Below, one piece after another: positions 62,323 to 64,000 of a DNA stretch of 64,000 nt. The DNA lies in the NCBI RefSeq assembly GCF_009914755.1, contig NC_060931.1; one strand, written 5' to 3'. This DNA is from the human T2T-CHM13v2.0 reference genome, Homo sapiens. The notes beneath the pieces are model-generated. The model did no database searches. It worked only from the letters and a program-made list of their open reading frames with translations, and was not told where the DNA came from. The position numbers were made by a program, and so were the translations under genes. Numbering within the stretch: the first letter of the stretch is position 1; each line of letters starts with the position of its first letter.

Positions 62323-62899
62323 TACCTGTTTTCTGCTTGAAAAGGGAAAAAATTGCAAATAAAAAAAACCCTAACCCCAACCCCAACCCCAACCTGAACA
62401 TGCCGTGAGCAACTTTCCAGAGAGGAGCTGCCTCTGCTCTCCCTTCTTATAGGGCAGCCCAGAGCAACCTTATAAGTAGGAGGAAAGAATGACCAGGTGG
62501 CCATTCAGCAGCTGGATTAAATGACAGATGTTTACAGGAGAAATCTGAAAGAAACAGCTGTCCAAAGCCCTTCGTGCCGGGCAGGGAGCTATGGGTCTCT
62601 CAGGAAGCTGAGGTGCAGTCCATGCTGCTAGGAACGAGGTCCCCAGCTCAGTCCCCTGAGGTGGCCCTGCCTTGTCAAGGCAGCTGTGAATCAGCTCCCC
62701 GGGCCGACCTCCAGTAGCACCGTGTGCCACTGCCAAGTGCTCATGGGTGTGCTGGGAGCTGGCGTTGCTCACGGGGAGCAGGTGAAGCTGCTGCTGGAGC
62801 CGTCTCTGGGCACTCGGGTCAGCCCTTTCTCCAAAGCGCACTGGCACGGGATGTGCAGCAGCCGCAATGGAGACTCACCTGGAAAACATCTATTACTAC

Positions 62900-63320
62900 C
62901 CTATAGGAGGCTGTTCTTGCCTTGCTACTAAGCAATACCTGAGGCTGGGCAATTTATGAAGAAAGGAGGTTTAATCGGCTCCCAGTTCTGCAGGCTGTGC
63001 AGGGAGTGTGGCGCCAGCATCTGCTCTGCTTCCCGGGGTGAGTCAGGAAGCTTACAGTCGTTGGGGGAGACAAAGGGGAAGCTGGCGGATCACATGGCAA
63101 AAGCAGGAGCAAGCAAGGAGGGGAAAGAGGCCACACGCTTTTTAAACAGCCAGATCCTGTGAGAACCCACTATGGAGAGGGCAGCCCCAAGGGGATGGTA
63201 CTAAACCATCCATAAGAAATACACCCCCAGGATCCAGTCACCTCCCACCAGCCCCATCTCCAGCATGGGGGGTTACAGTTCAACATGAGATTTAGAGGGA
63301 CAAATATCCAAATTATATCA
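62900..63320 (-). mobile_element. MSTB MaLR solo LTR
   Basis: aatacctgaggctgggcaatttatgaagaaaggaggtttaatcggctc...caacatgagatttagagggacaaatatccaaattatatca. Confidence 0.9.
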
Positions 63321-63785
63321 TGCCCCTAGTTCACGGAGCTGTGAGCAGGGCTGTGGGCTCAAAGGTAAGCTCAAGAATGGCCTCATGTTGAGAAAGAGAA
63401 TCCCCAGGTGCCGGGATCCCCCCCCACCACTCCACAGCCAGGTGAGAACAGGAAGGTGCCTCTGCCCCTTCCACAGCCCCTGGTGTACCTCTGTTGGATG
63501 TAGGGCCTCCCTGGAGAGCTGCTTTTTCAGAGGCCAAGCAGAGCAAGAAGGATTTGTGTCTGTGTTTTCCTTTCTGAAACATCGGGCATGTCAGCAGCAG
63601 CGGGTGCAGTGAAGCGGAGCTGCCTAAGAGACTTTGATGGGGCGATCGCCTGTGCGGGCCTAGGGAGGGCTCTCCTCCCAGGGCAGGGGCACTCACTTGC
63701 ACAGCCCAGAGCCACCCCACACTTGATCTCCAGCTTAAACTTAAAGCACATGCAGTCAACACAGTTGTTAGGTTTTGCAAAATAA

Positions 63786-64000
<215 letters not shown>

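Overview
Primate (human/ape-like) non-coding genomic DNA. It is CpG-depleted and densely covered by interspersed repeats: about 27 Alus including AluY, L1PA/L1M fragments including one young L1PA2/3-type insert, MaLR/ERVL/ERV1 LTRs, a decayed ERV-L internal segment, hAT/Tigger/mariner MITEs, and MIR/L2/L3. I found no credible protein-coding exon, tRNA, rRNA or recognisable named gene. The listed ORFs are Alu-, L1-, ERV- or simple-repeat-derived, or look like chance ORFs. The locus cannot be named from sequence alone (large intron or gene desert). Subfamily calls come from recalled consensus features and many boundaries are approximate. The most notable unexplained structure is a CpG-retaining cluster at about 62.0-63.3 kb: a 33-bp-stem hairpin with an NF-kB consensus in its loop, a splice donor at the hairpin base, a telomere-variant G4, and an MSTB LTR that gained an AP-1/ETS site. 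Also notable are a template-switch scar inside an MLT2 LTR (25.7-25.9 kb), a local 180-bp duplication with a near-identical core (53-54.5 kb) and several homeodomain-motif-rich unique blocks. None of these is a demonstrated new biological system; they are testable leads.
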